A stretch of 64,000 nt of DNA, taken from the NCBI RefSeq assembly GCF_048403405.1, contig NZ_CP183129.1, one strand, 5' to 3'. Shown piece after piece: positions 43,808 to 55,627 of this stretch. Every line of letters starts with the position of its first letter. Positions within the stretch are counted from its first letter, which is position 1. Under the pieces are notes generated by a model. It ran no database searches, was not told the DNA's origin, and was given only the letters and a program-made list of their open reading frames with translations. The stretch comes from Escherichia coli (GTDB lineage: Bacteria; Pseudomonadota; Gammaproteobacteria; Enterobacterales; Enterobacteriaceae). The position numbers were made by a program, and so were the translations under genes.

Positions 43808-46483
43808 TTACTTCAACATATTACGAATGACATAATGCAAAATGCCGTCGTTCTGGTAGTAGGTCAACTCCGTCGCGGTGTCGATACGACAACGGCAGGG
43901 TACGACTTCCTGGCTACCATCCGCGCGCGTAAACGTCACCGGAACCGTCGCGCCGGGTTGTAGACTTTGCAGATCGCCAATATCAATCTTCTCTTCCCCG
44001 ATTAGCCCTAACGTTTTACGCATCACGCCTTGCGGAAATTCTAGCGGCAGGATGCCCATGCCAATTAAATTCGAGCGGTGAATTCGTTCAAACGATTCGG
44101 CAATCACAACACGAATACCAAGTAGACGCGGACCTTTTGCCGCCCAGTCACGGCTGGAGCCTGATCCATACTCTTTCCCGGCAATCACCGCCAGCGGCGT
44201 TTGCGCCTGCTTATAGCGCATCGCGGCATCATAAATAGAGATGACCTCGCTGTCAGGTAAATGCCGCGTCATCCCCCCTTCAACGCCAGGCACCATTTCA
44301 TTACGGATGCGAATATTGGCGAAGGTGCCGCGCATCATCACTTCATGGTTACCACGCCGCGAACCGTAGGAGTTAAAGTCTTTTCGCTCAACACCCCGAC
44401 CTTGTAGATATCGACCCGCTGGGCTGTCGGGCTTAATACTGCCCGCCGGAGAGATATGGTCAGTGGTGACTGAATCCCCCAGCATTGCGAGGATCCGCGC
44501 ACCGTGAATATCTTCCACAGGTTCTGGTGTTGCCTGCATTTCATCAAAGAAAGGCGATAAGCGAATATAGGTTGAATCTTCCTGCCAACCGTAGGTATCG
44601 GATCGTGTGACGTTAATTTCCTTCCACTCTGCTGTGCCTTCAAAAACTTCTGCGTACTCTTTGCGGAACATTTCTGTGGAGACTTGTTCTACCGCACGGG
44701 CAATTTCTTGTGCCGATGGCCAGATATCTTTCAGATATACCGGATCGCCTTTGCGATCATGGCCGATAGGCTCAGATGCGAGGTTGATATTCATATTTCC
44801 CGCCAGCGCATAGGCAACCACCAGCGGCGGCGAGGCCAGCCAGTTGGTTTTAACCAGCGGATGGATACGGCCTTCAAAGTTACGGTTGCCGGACAGCACT
44901 GCACCGACGGTTAAATCGCCTTTTTTGATTGCCGTTTCGATAGGGTCGGGCAGCGGCCCAGAGTTACCAATACAGGTGGTACAACCGTATCCCACAAGGT
45001 TAAACCCCAGTTCGTCGAGATACGGTGTCAATTTCGCTTTTGCCAGATAGTCAGAAACAACTTTCGAGCCTGGTGCCAGCGACGCTTTGACCCACGGTTG
45101 CCGCTTGAGGCCCAGAGTTACGGCTTTTTTCGCCAGCAAGCCTGCGGCCATCAGCACACTTGGGTTAGAGGTATTGGTGCACGACGTTATCGCAGCAATG
45201 ACCACCGCGCCATCAGGTAACTGATACTGATGTCCGTTCATAACATAATCGACCGGCTGGCGATCTTTATGCGTGGCATTTACTTCCAGTTCGTTACTGG
45301 CGGCAAATGCTTTTGGTACATCGGGCAGTGCAACGCGATCCTGTGGGCGTTTTGGCCCTGCCAGGCTCGCTTCAACGTCATTCATATCCAGTTCTAACGT
45401 ACTGGTAAAAATCGGTTCATCGCCCGGATTACGCCACATGCCCTGCGCTTTGGCGTATTTTTCGACCAACTCGACCTGATCTTCACTGCGCCCGCTTAAA
45501 CGCATGTAATCGAGGGTGACAGCATCGATTGGGAAGAAGCCACAGGTGGCACCATATTCTGGCGACATATTGGCAATGGTGGCGCGATCCGCCAGCGGTA
45601 GTGAATCCAGCCCATCACCATAAAATTCGACGAATTTCCCCACCACGCCATGTTTGCGCAGCATTTGGGTAACGGTGAGAACCAGGTCTGTGGCGGTAAT
45701 ACCTTCACGTAATTTTCCGGTAAGTTTAAAGCCTACTACGTCCGGGATAAGCATGGAAACCGGCTGGCCTAACATTGCGGCTTCTGCTTCGATGCCACCA
45801 ACGCCCCACCCCAGCACGCCAAGGCCGTTGATCATGGTGGTGTGCGAGTCAGTACCAACGAGTGTATCCGGATAAGCAATCCATTCACCGTCCTGCAATT
45901 CGCTCCACACTGCTTTGCCGAGATATTCGAGGTTAACCTGATGGCAAATGCCTGTGCCTGGCGGCACGACGCTAAACCGACTGAACGCTTGCTTTCCCCA
46001 TTTCAGGAACACATAACGTTCGTGGTTGCGCTCCATTTCCAGGCGTACGTTTTCTTCAAATGCCTCATCATCACCAAAACGATCGACGGTCACCGAGTGG
46101 TCAATAACCAGGTCGACCGGTGAGAGCGGGTTAACCTTTGCAGTATCGCCGCCGAGGCGTTTAACCGCTTCGCGCATTGCCGCCAGATCAACAACGGCAG
46201 GTACGCCGGTAAAGTCCTGCATCAGCACCCTTGCCGGGCGGTAGGCAATTTCACGGTCAGCATGGGCATTTTTCAGCCATCCCGCCAGCGCGTAGATATC
46301 CTCTTCGGTAACCGAGTTACCATCCTGCCAGCGCAGCAGGTTTTCGAGCAAAACTTTGAGTGACTTAGGCAAACGGGTGATATCGCCCAGTGATTTGGCA
46401 GCAAGCGGCAGGCTGTAGTAGTGGTAAGTTTTATCTTTGGCCTGCAACGTGTCCTTACTGGCTTCTCGTAGGGTTGACGACAT
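43808..46483 (-). CDS. acnA: Aconitate hydratase A
   Basis: 891-aa aconitase-family ORF with Fe-S cluster cysteines. Confidence 0.92.
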   Translation of the reverse strand: MSSTLREASKDTLQAKDKTYHYYSLPLAAKSLGDITRLPKSLKVLLENLLRWQDGNSVTEEDIYALAGWLKNAHADREIAYRPARVLMQDFTGVPAVVDLAAMREAVKRLGGDTAKVNPLSPVDLVIDHSVTVDRFGDDEAFEENVRLEMERNHERYVFLKWGKQAFSRFSVVPPGTGICHQVNLEYLGKAVWSELQDGEWIAYPDTLVGTDSHTTMINGLGVLGWGVGGIEAEAAMLGQPVSMLIPDVVGFKLTGKLREGITATDLVLTVTQMLRKHGVVGKFVEFYGDGLDSLPLADRATIANMSPEYGATCGFFPIDAVTLDYMRLSGRSEDQVELVEKYAKAQGMWRNPGDEPIFTSTLELDMNDVEASLAGPKRPQDRVALPDVPKAFAASNELEVNATHKDRQPVDYVMNGHQYQLPDGAVVIAAITSCTNTSNPSVLMAAGLLAKKAVTLGLKRQPWVKASLAPGSKVVSDYLAKAKLTPYLDELGFNLVGYGCTTCIGNSGPLPDPIETAIKKGDLTVGAVLSGNRNFEGRIHPLVKTNWLASPPLVVAYALAGNMNINLASEPIGHDRKGDPVYLKDIWPSAQEIARAVEQVSTEMFRKEYAEVFEGTAEWKEINVTRSDTYGWQEDSTYIRLSPFFDEMQATPEPVEDIHGARILAMLGDSVTTDHISPAGSIKPDSPAGRYLQGRGVERKDFNSYGSRRGNHEVMMRGTFANIRIRNEMVPGVEGGMTRHLPDSEVISIYDAAMRYKQAQTPLAVIAGKEYGSGSSRDWAAKGPRLLGIRVVIAESFERIHRSNLIGMGILPLEFPQGVMRKTLGLIGEEKIDIGDLQSLQPGATVPVTFTRADGSQEVVPCRCRIDTATELTYYQNDGILHYVIRNMLK

Positions 46484-46855
46484 AGCTCCTCCTTAATGAC
46501 AGGGTTGCGAAGCCCTGATTCTCTTCAGGGTGAATATTAAAGATAACACAAACATCGCGTAACGATTTGATAACAACCCAAATTGATAAAAGAGGAGAAA
46601 GCTTGTGGCAAAACAAATGAAAACCCCGCCGCAGCGGGGTCAGGGATCAGTGAGTAATGATCCAGAGGAGTTCGGCCCAGAAGAGCATCGACAGAGAAAA
46701 TGCGCCCATCCAGGACCAATATTTCATATTTGTGTTGATCATAGGCTACACCTTTAACGGTTATTACTTTGTGTTGAGATAACTCAACCTGTTATTGCTG
46801 CGGTGTATTAAAAGCCCTGTAATTCATTAAAAATGGGTAATAAGAATGATGATAA

Positions 46856-47023
46856 TTATTGTTTCGGCTGATCATCTTCAGCAAACAGTTCTATAAAGGC
46901 TTGCTGCTGCGATGTTAGTTGCCAGTCGTCTGGAATAACGACGGAACATTCCCGTTTCGTTTCTGTTTCATTGTCACTATGCTGGCATAATGGTGACGAC
47001 TCCAGTTGCTCCTGACCGACCAT
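46856..47023 (-). CDS. yciX: Small protein YciX
   Basis: ORF track 46856..47044; start probably the internal ATG at 47021-47023 (55 aa MVGQEQLESS...). Confidence 0.55.
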   Translation of the reverse strand: MVGQEQLESSPLCQHSDNETETKRECSVVIPDDWQLTSQQQAFIELFAEDDQPKQ

Positions 47024-47025
47024 AG

Positions 47026-47154
47026 TTATCCCCACACTTTCCAAATCAGCAGTGCGACAACCACCCAGAAAAGTGCAGAACCAAGAAAAACCGCCAGCCA
47101 GGCTTTACGTTTTAATTCAGGATCGCGGCGGGGTTCCTGATTTCCAGAAGGCAT
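47026..47154 (-). CDS. ymiA: Small membrane protein YmiA
   Basis: 42-aa ORF MPSGNQEPRRDPELKRKAWLAVFLGSALFWVVVALLIWKVWG read from the minus strand, below the ORF-track length cutoff; immediately upstream of yciX. Confidence 0.55.
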   Translation of the reverse strand: MPSGNQEPRRDPELKRKAWLAVFLGSALFWVVVALLIWKVWG

Positions 47155-47484
47155 TGCTAACCTCATATAATCGCCATCACTTATCAGCAAGACGTTGAAC
47201 GATTGGTGTAATTAATCATACGATGAGACAAATCCTAAAGAAACTTTAGTCAAAAATCCAGCGAATTTACGAATCGTCTCCAGTGAATAATTCAATCTTT
47301 TGACCTGAAATAGATATTTGAAAACTCGAGTTTGCGAGGCGGGTAATTAGACACTACTTTACAGGTAATTTACCCTATAAATATGAGGGATAAAAATATT
47401 GTGCACGGTATACAAATAAGCAACAAAAGAGAATATATTCCGGCACCTTCGCTACATAAAAGGTGCCGAAAATAACGCAAGAAA

Positions 47485-48483
<999 letters not shown>

Positions 48484-48668
48484 TCAGAACATCGTTTTTT
48501 CGTCACACCTGGCGGGTGACTAATACGATTTAATAATAAAAAAGGTGCTAACTATAACCACTATATCATTTATAGCCTTAGTGTATAGGTGTGAAGAAAA
48601 AATAATATGCAATAAAAAAGGGCCGCTTTCGCGACCCTTTGTTTATAAAAACCTGACAGAATTAAAGG

Positions 48669-51307
48669 TTATTTTTTCCCTTCAACCCATTTGCCATCAA
48701 CATAAAATGCTGACCAGCCAGTCGCCTTTCCGTCTTTTTCCGAAGAGACATATTGCTGTTTGGTTTTACGGCTAAAGCGAACCATGGTCTTATTACCTTC
48801 CGGATCCTGCTGTGGCGCATCGGCCAGATAACGCAGTTTTTCCGGCAGACGGTCGCGGAAGCGATAAAGCTCTTCCACCAATGGCGCGCGTGTTTCACGC
48901 GATTTCGGGAAGGTATTGGCCGCCAGGAACACACCGGCAGCACCGTCACGCAGCACGAAATAGGCATCTGATTTTTCGCACGGCAGCTCCGGTAATGGCA
49001 CCGGATCTTCCTTCGGTGGTGCCACTTCGCCGTTACGTAAAATCTTACGTGTGTTTTTACACTCTTCGTTAGTGCAGGCCATGTATTTACCGAAACGTCC
49101 CATTTTCAGGTGCATTTCAGAGCCACATTTTTCACACTCAACGATCGGGCCGTCATAACCTTTAATGCGGAATTCGCCCTCTTCGATCTCGTAACCGTCG
49201 CAGGTTGGGTTATTACCACAGACATGCAACTTACGTTTCGGATCGATGAGATAGCTGTCCATCGCCGTGCCGCATTTCGGGCAACGACGTTTTGCGCGCA
49301 GCGCGTTGGTTTCAGCGTCTTCACCTTCCAGCACGTTCAGCACTTCGTTTTCCGGCACCAGGTTGATGGTGGTTTTGCAACGCTCTTTCGGTGGCAGAGC
49401 GTAGCCGGAACAGCCAAGGAATACCCCGGTGCTCGCTGTGCGAATACCCATTTTGCGACCACAGGTCGGGCAGTCGATGCTGGTCAGAACCATCTGGTTC
49501 GGGCGCATCCCCCCTCTTCCGGATCTTTTTCAGCTTTATCTAACTGCTGGGTGAAATCCGAGAAGAAGTGATCCAGTACAGCTTTCCACTCTGCTTCGTG
49601 ATTTGCCACCTGGTCGAGGCTGTTTTCCATCTGTGCGGTGAAGTCGTAGTTCATTAACTCACGGAAATTCTCTTCCAGGCGATCGGTGACGATTTCGCCC
49701 ATTTTTTCCGCATAGAAACGACGATTTTCTACTCGCACATAGCCACGATCCTGAATGGTCGAAATGATCGACGCATAGGTAGACGGACGACCGATACCGC
49801 GTTTTTCCAGCTCTTTAACCAGCGATGCTTCACTAAAACGGGCTGGCGGCTTGGTAAAGTGCTGGGCTGGTGTCAGTTCAACGAGCGTCAGAGCATCGCC
49901 TTTATCGACTGCCGGTAATATACGATCTTCATCGCCTTTACGCAGTGCAGGCATCACTTTTGTCCAGCCATCAAAGCGCAAAATACGACCGCGTGCTTTC
50001 AGGCGGAAATCGCCCGCACCAACGGTCAGCGTCGTGGAGTCATATTTCGCTGGGGTCATCTGGCAGGCAACGAACTGACGCCAGATTAACTGGTACAATT
50101 TTTGCGCATCTGCTTCCATATCCTTCAACGATTCCGCCATCACATTGACGTCAGAAGGACGAATCGCTTCGTGCGCTTCCTGTGAGTTTTCTTTGCTGGC
50201 GTACTGATTCGGACTTTCCGGCAGATATTTCTTACCAAAATTATCGCTGATATAACCGCGAACCATATTTACCGCGTCCTGACTCAGGTTGGTGGAGTCG
50301 GTACGCATGTAAGTGATATAGCCTGCTTCATACAAACGCTGCGCCATCATCATGGTTTTTTTCACGCCAAAACCAAGACGGGTGCTGGCAGCTTGTTGCA
50401 GCGTAGAGGTAATAAAAGGAGCGCCAGGTTTACTGGTTGTCGGTTTGTCTTCACGTTCCAGCACGCTGTAGCGCGCTTTTTCCAGCAGACTTACCGCAGC
50501 CTGTGTTTGTTCTTTGTTGACCGGGCGGAACGGTTTGTCGTTCTGATGAGTCACCTGCAACGCCAACGCATCACCAGATGGCGTGGTCGTGCTGGCATCG
50601 ACTTCCCAGAACTCTTCCGGTACGAACGCTTTAATTTCACGCTCACGCTCGACCACCAGGCGGACCGCCACCGACTGCACACGACCTGCAGACAGACCAC
50701 GAGCGATCTTTTTCCACAGCAGCGGCGAAACCATATATCCCACCACGCGGTCCATAAAGCGACGCGCCTGCTGGGCATTAACACGATCAATATTCAGCTC
50801 ACCTGGTTTGTTAAATGCCTGGCGGATCGCGTTTTTAGTAATTTCGTTAAACACCACTCGGCTATAGCGCGCATCATCACCACCAATCACTTCCCGCAGG
50901 TGCCATGCAATGGCTTCCCCTTCGCGGTCAAGGTCGGTTGCGAGATAGATGTGGTCGGCTTTTTCAGCCAGTTGTTTCAGTTCAGAGACGACCTTCTCTT
51001 TACCAGGCAACACTTCATAGTGCGCCTCCCAATTGTGCCACGGGTCAACCCCCATACGGTTGACGAGAGCGCCACGTTCATCCTTTTTAGGCTTTTTAGC
51101 CGTCTTGGTGGAGGTAGAGTCGGCACTCTTTTTGGCAGCTGAGCCACTGGTCGGCAAATCGCGGATGTGACCGACGCTGGATTTCACCACGTAGTCACTA
51201 CCCAGATACTTGTTGATCGTTTTGGCTTTTGCCGGGGACTCAACGATGACAAGAGCTTTACCCATATTCACCTTACCTAATTTGATTCTTCCAGGAATGC
51301 GTCGCAC
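48669..51307 (-). pseudogene. topA: DNA topoisomerase I, reading frame interrupted by an apparent single-nucleotide frameshift
   Basis: Two adjacent minus-strand ORFs (49484..51307, 607 aa with the TOPRIM/catalytic core; 48669..49508, 279 aa with the Zn-ribbon C-terminal region) overlap in different frames at a C6 run (49509-49514). Could be a genuine mutation or an assembly error. Confidence 0.7.
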
Positions 51308-51644
51308 GTTGATAAACCTTCCACTGGCAACGAGTTACCGATATGGACTCGCTCTCTGCGGATATCAACCCCTTGTCGTGACTCTGTTCACGAAAATTCA
51401 GGTGACTGAGTTAACAGGTCTTGGCCTACAGGCGCTATAGCACGACGGAATTTTGGTCGAATGTCAAGCAAATCTATTGCCAGATTGACGAAAGCGTCAC
51501 ACTGTACCTGATAAAATCCGATACGCAACTTTATTAGCATGCAAAATCCAAAGTTGCCAGTAAGGCGCTCTTGCCACCAGCGTGGTATATTTGTCTGCAA
51601 GCCATGCCTGGCGTAGACTAATGTCCTTGTTTAAGGAGTAAATA

Positions 51645-51896
51645 ATGAACAAAGAGACACAACCCATCGACCGCGAGACGCTGTTGAAAGAGGCCAACAA
51701 AATCATTCGTGAGCATGAGGATACGCTCGCAGGGATTGAAGCCACCGGCGTCACGCAGCGTAATGGCGTGCTGGTATTTACCGGCGACTACTTTTTAGAT
51801 GAACAAGGATTGCCAACAGCCAAAAGCACCGCGGTGTTTAATATGTTCAAACACCTGGCCCATGTGCTTTCAGAAAAATATCATCTGGTTGATTAA
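51645..51896 (+). CDS. yciN: Small conserved protein YciN
   Basis: 83-aa ORF; synteny next to topA. Confidence 0.85.
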
Positions 51897-51936
51897 ATAA
51901 ATATCCTCCGGCATAGCCGGAGGTTTTTCAAATGCG

Positions 51937-52640
51937 CCTATAAGGCTCTCTTACCAGCCGCGCCCTAACAGGCGCACACGATCTGACATTTGCATCCAAC
52001 TTCGTTACTTACGGCCCGTAAACGGGCTGCCCGGATAGGGAATCGATAACTGCTCTCCCATTTTATCCTCTTCAAGCTGGTGCTTTATGTAATCCTGTAT
52101 CTTCGCCGTGTTCTTACCCACCGTATCGACGTAGTACCCTCTGCACCAGAACTCCCTGTTCCTGTATTTGAATTTCAAATCACCAAACTGCTCGTAAAGC
52201 ATCAGACTGCTTTTCCCTTTCAGATATCCCATAAAGCCGGATACGCTCATTTTGGGCGGGATCTCCACAAGCATATGGATATGATCTGCACAGCATTCAG
52301 CTTCCAGAATCCGTACACTTTTCCACTCACACAGCTTTCTCAAAATACTGCCTATTGCTCTACGCTTCTCTCTGTAGAACACCTGTCTTCGGTATTTTGG
52401 CGCAAAAACTATGTGATATTTACAGTTCCATCGGGTGTGCGCTAAGCTCTTTTCGTTCCCCATTGGGACCCCCTTTTGATTTCTTGTTTGACACTTGCAG
52501 TTGCCAGACCGCAAGGTGTTTTAACAAATCAAAAGGGGTTTTAATAACTGGCTTAAAGCTGAAAGCTTTCCGGAACCCCCAGCCTAGCTGGGGGTTTTCT
52601 GTGCACAAACAAAACGCGAGGTCTTAGCCTCGCGTTTGTC
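51937..52640 (-). mobile_element. IS200-like insertion sequence (IS200/IS605 family), approximate boundaries
   Basis: Contains a Y1 transposase gene plus the characteristic stem-loops (52576-52596 and 52611-52636); not present between yciN and sohB in K-12. Ends estimated from the expected ~0.7 kb size. Confidence 0.7.
52005..52463 (-). CDS. tnpA: IS200 transposase TnpA (HUH Y1 transposase)
   Basis: ORF track 52005..52514; start refined to ATG 52461-52463 (152 aa MGNEKSLAHTRWNCKYHIVFAPKYRR...), HxH motif (HIHMLVEIPP). Confidence 0.85.
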   Translation of the reverse strand: MGNEKSLAHTRWNCKYHIVFAPKYRRQVFYREKRRAIGSILRKLCEWKSVRILEAECCADHIHMLVEIPPKMSVSGFMGYLKGKSSLMLYEQFGDLKFKYRNREFWCRGYYVDTVGKNTAKIQDYIKHQLEEDKMGEQLSIPYPGSPFTGRK

Positions 52641-52642
52641 TT

Positions 52643-53692
52643 TTACATCAATGGTTTTTGCCCCCGCTGCCACCAGCGTAACAACAATCGATCGGCGCTC
52701 TCTGCCGCGCTGCCGGTGAATCGGTCAATGAGTCGTTTACGCTGCATATAGCGTACATTGACCACTTCACGGCCTTCCATCAGGCTAAGAATAACTTCAT
52801 CACTGGTGTTGATTTCATCAACCAGGCCTTTCTCTACCGCCTGTTGTCCGTACCAGTGTTCACCCGTTGCCACCTGATCAATATTCAGAGACGGACGCAT
52901 ACGCTTCACAAAATCTTTAAATAACTGATGCGTTTCGTTCAGCTCTTCGCGGAATTTCTCCCGCCCTTCTTCGGTGTTTTCACCCAGCAAAGTCAGCGTG
53001 CGCTTATACTGCCCGGCGGTGTGCAGTTCGATATCAATATCTTTGCTTTTCAGGAAGCGGTTAAAGTTGGGCATTTGTGCCACCACGCCAATGGAACCCA
53101 CAATAGCAAACGGTGCGGAAACAATTTTGTCCGCCACACAGGCCATCATGTAACCGCCACTGGCAGCAACTTTGTCTACCGTAACAGTTAAAGGAATGTT
53201 TTTATCACGCAGACGCTGCAGCTGCGAAGCCGCCAGCCCGTAACCATGCACCATGCCACCAGGGCTTTCCAGACGTAGCACAACCTGATCCTGCGGTTTG
53301 AATGCTGCGAGTACCGCCGTTATCTCTTCACGTAGCGAGTTCACTTCATGGGCGTCCATGCTGCCTTTAAAATCCAGCACCCAGACGCGAGGTTTACTGT
53401 CAGTTGCCACCTCGCCCAGTTTGGCTTTCGCTTTTGCTGCTTTCGCTTCTTGCTTGTGCTTTTTCTTCTGCGCTTTGTGCCACTGTTTTTGCTGATGTGA
53501 GTCCATCAGCGCCGCGGCCAGTTCTTCTTTCATCTCCTTATACTGTTCGCTGAGATTGTTGACCCGTAACTCGCCACGCTGGCGTTTATTACGTTGAGCA
53601 ACATTGACAATAATGGCGGCAATCGCCGCAATCGCTAGCACAACGGTAACGATTTTCGCCAAAAACAAACCATATTCAGACAACAATTCCAC
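52643..53692 (-). CDS. sohB: Inner-membrane peptidase SohB (S49 family)
   Basis: 349-aa ORF with N-terminal TM and ClpP/S49 peptidase domain. Confidence 0.9.
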   Translation of the reverse strand: MELLSEYGLFLAKIVTVVLAIAAIAAIIVNVAQRNKRQRGELRVNNLSEQYKEMKEELAAALMDSHQQKQWHKAQKKKHKQEAKAAKAKAKLGEVATDSKPRVWVLDFKGSMDAHEVNSLREEITAVLAAFKPQDQVVLRLESPGGMVHGYGLAASQLQRLRDKNIPLTVTVDKVAASGGYMMACVADKIVSAPFAIVGSIGVVAQMPNFNRFLKSKDIDIELHTAGQYKRTLTLLGENTEEGREKFREELNETHQLFKDFVKRMRPSLNIDQVATGEHWYGQQAVEKGLVDEINTSDEVILSLMEGREVVNVRYMQRKRLIDRFTGSAAESADRLLLRWWQRGQKPLM

Positions 53693-53911
53693 GAGTCCCC
53701 ACCTTGGTTAAACAACGCTTTGGCTCACAGTTTACAACAGGCATGTTAAGCCGTCTCGCAGAGATGTTATTGCAGCGAAAGTATGACAAAGTATCCATTT
53801 TGCGGTGTTATCGCCCCAGGCTGATTGAAATGCCCTTCTGTTTCAGGCATAAAGCCCCAAAGTCATAAAGTACACTGGCAGCGCGACAGACAACGTCGTT
53901 GAGGAGTAGCC

Positions 53912-54670
53912 ATGCATTACCAGCCAAAACAAGATTTACTCAATGATCGCATTATCCTGGTGACGGGAGCCAGCGATGGTATTGGCCGTGAAGCCGCGAT
54001 GACGTATGCACGCTATGGTGCGACAGTGATTCTGTTGGGCCGTAATGAAGAAAAATTACGTCAGGTAGCCAGCCACATAAACGAAGAAACTGGACGTCAG
54101 CCACAGTGGTTTATTCTCGATTTGCTGACCTGCACGTCCGAAGATTGCCAACAACTGGCACAGCGCATTGCCGTTAATTATCCGCGTCTGGATGGTGTTT
54201 TGCATAATGCCGGATTGCTCGGCGATGTTTGCCCAATGAGCGAACAAAATCCGCAGGTCTGGCAGGACGTCATGCAGGTCAACGTTAATGCCACCTTTAT
54301 GCTCACCCAGGCACTGCTTCCTTTATTACTCAAATCGGACGCCGGTTCACTGGTCTTTACTTCATCAAGCGTTGGACGTCAGGGACGAGCCAACTGGGGC
54401 GCATATGCAGCGTCGAAATTTGCCACCGAAGGGATGATGCAGGTACTGGCCGATGAATATCAGCAGCGCCTGCGCGTCAACTGCATTAACCCAGGCGGTA
54501 CGCGCACCGCAATGCGGGCCAGCGCCTTCCCGACCGAAGATCCACAGAAACTTAAAACACCCGCTGATATCATGCCGCTCTACCTCTGGCTGATGGGCGA
54601 TGACAGCCGCCGTAAAACCGGCATGACCTTTGACGCCCAACCGGGCCGTAAACCAGGAATTTCCCAATGA
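53912..54670 (+). CDS. yciK: Short-chain dehydrogenase/reductase
   Basis: 252-aa SDR ORF with TGASDGIG cofactor-binding motif; overlaps btuR start. Confidence 0.88.
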   Translation: MHYQPKQDLLNDRIILVTGASDGIGREAAMTYARYGATVILLGRNEEKLRQVASHINEETGRQPQWFILDLLTCTSEDCQQLAQRIAVNYPRLDGVLHNAGLLGDVCPMSEQNPQVWQDVMQVNVNATFMLTQALLPLLLKSDAGSLVFTSSSVGRQGRANWGAYAASKFATEGMMQVLADEYQQRLRVNCINPGGTRTAMRASAFPTEDPQKLKTPADIMPLYLWLMGDDSRRKTGMTFDAQPGRKPGISQ

Positions 54671-55257
54671 GTGATGAACGCTACCAACAGCGTCAGCAGC
54701 GAGTGAAAGAAAAAGTCGATGCTCGTGTGGCCCAGGCCCAGGATGAACGCGGTATTATCATCGTTTTTACCGGCAATGGAAAAGGCAAAACCACCGCGGC
54801 ATTTGGTACGGCAACTCGTGCAGTAGGCCATGGCAAAAAAGTGGGTATCGTGCAGTTTATTAAAGGCACCTGGCCTAATGGCGAGCGCAATCTACTGGAG
54901 CCACATGGCGTTGAGTTTCAGGTGATGGCAACGGGCTTTACCTGGGATACACAAAATCGCGAATCTGATACCGCGGCCTGCCGTGAAGTCTGGCAACATG
55001 CCAAACGAATGCTGGCCGATCCTTCACTGGATATGGTTTTGCTCGATGAGCTGACTTATATGGTGGCGTATGATTATTTGCCACTGGAAGAAGTGGTGAA
55101 GGCGTTAAATGAACGTCCACATCAGCAAACCGTCATTATTACGGGTCGTGGTTGTCATCGGGATATACTTGAACTGGCGGATACGGTAAGTGAATTACGC
55201 CCCGTGAAACATGCGTTTGATGCCGGTGTAAAAGCGCAGATAGGGATTGACTACTAA
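54667..55257 (+). CDS. btuR: Cob(I)yrinic acid a,c-diamide adenosyltransferase
   Basis: 196-aa ORF with P-loop GNGKGKTTAA, CobA family. Confidence 0.9.
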   Translation: MSDERYQQRQQRVKEKVDARVAQAQDERGIIIVFTGNGKGKTTAAFGTATRAVGHGKKVGIVQFIKGTWPNGERNLLEPHGVEFQVMATGFTWDTQNRESDTAACREVWQHAKRMLADPSLDMVLLDELTYMVAYDYLPLEEVVKALNERPHQQTVIITGRGCHRDILELADTVSELRPVKHAFDAGVKAQIGIDY

Positions 55258-55260
55258 GTG

Positions 55261-55294
55261 AAAGCACCTCAAAAGAAGCCTCTTGAGGTGCTTT
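55261..55294. terminator. Stem-loop between convergent btuR and the inserted two-gene cassette
   Basis: 12-bp inverted repeat AAAGCACCTCAA / TTGAGGTGCTTT immediately after the btuR stop. Confidence 0.5.
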
Positions 55295-55308
55295 AATCAT
55301 GATTATAT

Positions 55309-55617
55309 TCAAGCGGCAATAGCGAAATTCAGAATACGTGTAATCTCATTCAAATGTCCCGGATATGCTTCATGATTCTCAGCGTCAACATCTTCAATAA
55401 ATAATATCAGTTCAGTAATTAACGCATTAGCATCGTCATAATTTATCCCGGCTAACTCTGGCGAAGTTTCAGTACCATAGTTAATCGTCAGGTTGTTCAT
55501 AACTGTGAGGATATGGATAAAATATTTATGACAAACATTACATGTGGTTTTATTACCCAAAGTATTATACAGCATATCAAGTAATGCCAATATTCTACGG
55601 TTTTGCACATCGTTCAT
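55309..55617 (-). CDS. Hypothetical small acidic cytoplasmic protein (102 aa), function unknown
   Basis: ORF with ATG start 6 nt after an AGGAGG Shine-Dalgarno that overlaps the stop of the upstream lipoprotein gene; AT-rich; no family recognised. Confidence 0.6.
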   Translation of the reverse strand: MNDVQNRRILALLDMLYNTLGNKTTCNVCHKYFIHILTVMNNLTINYGTETSPELAGINYDDANALITELILFIEDVDAENHEAYPGHLNEITRILNFAIAA

Positions 55618-55627
55618 AAAAAGCCTC

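Noticed and set aside
46537-46719. 60-aa minus-strand ORF between acnA and yciX
   Set aside because: It lies in the acnA promoter region with no recognisable RBS or family; treated as spurious.
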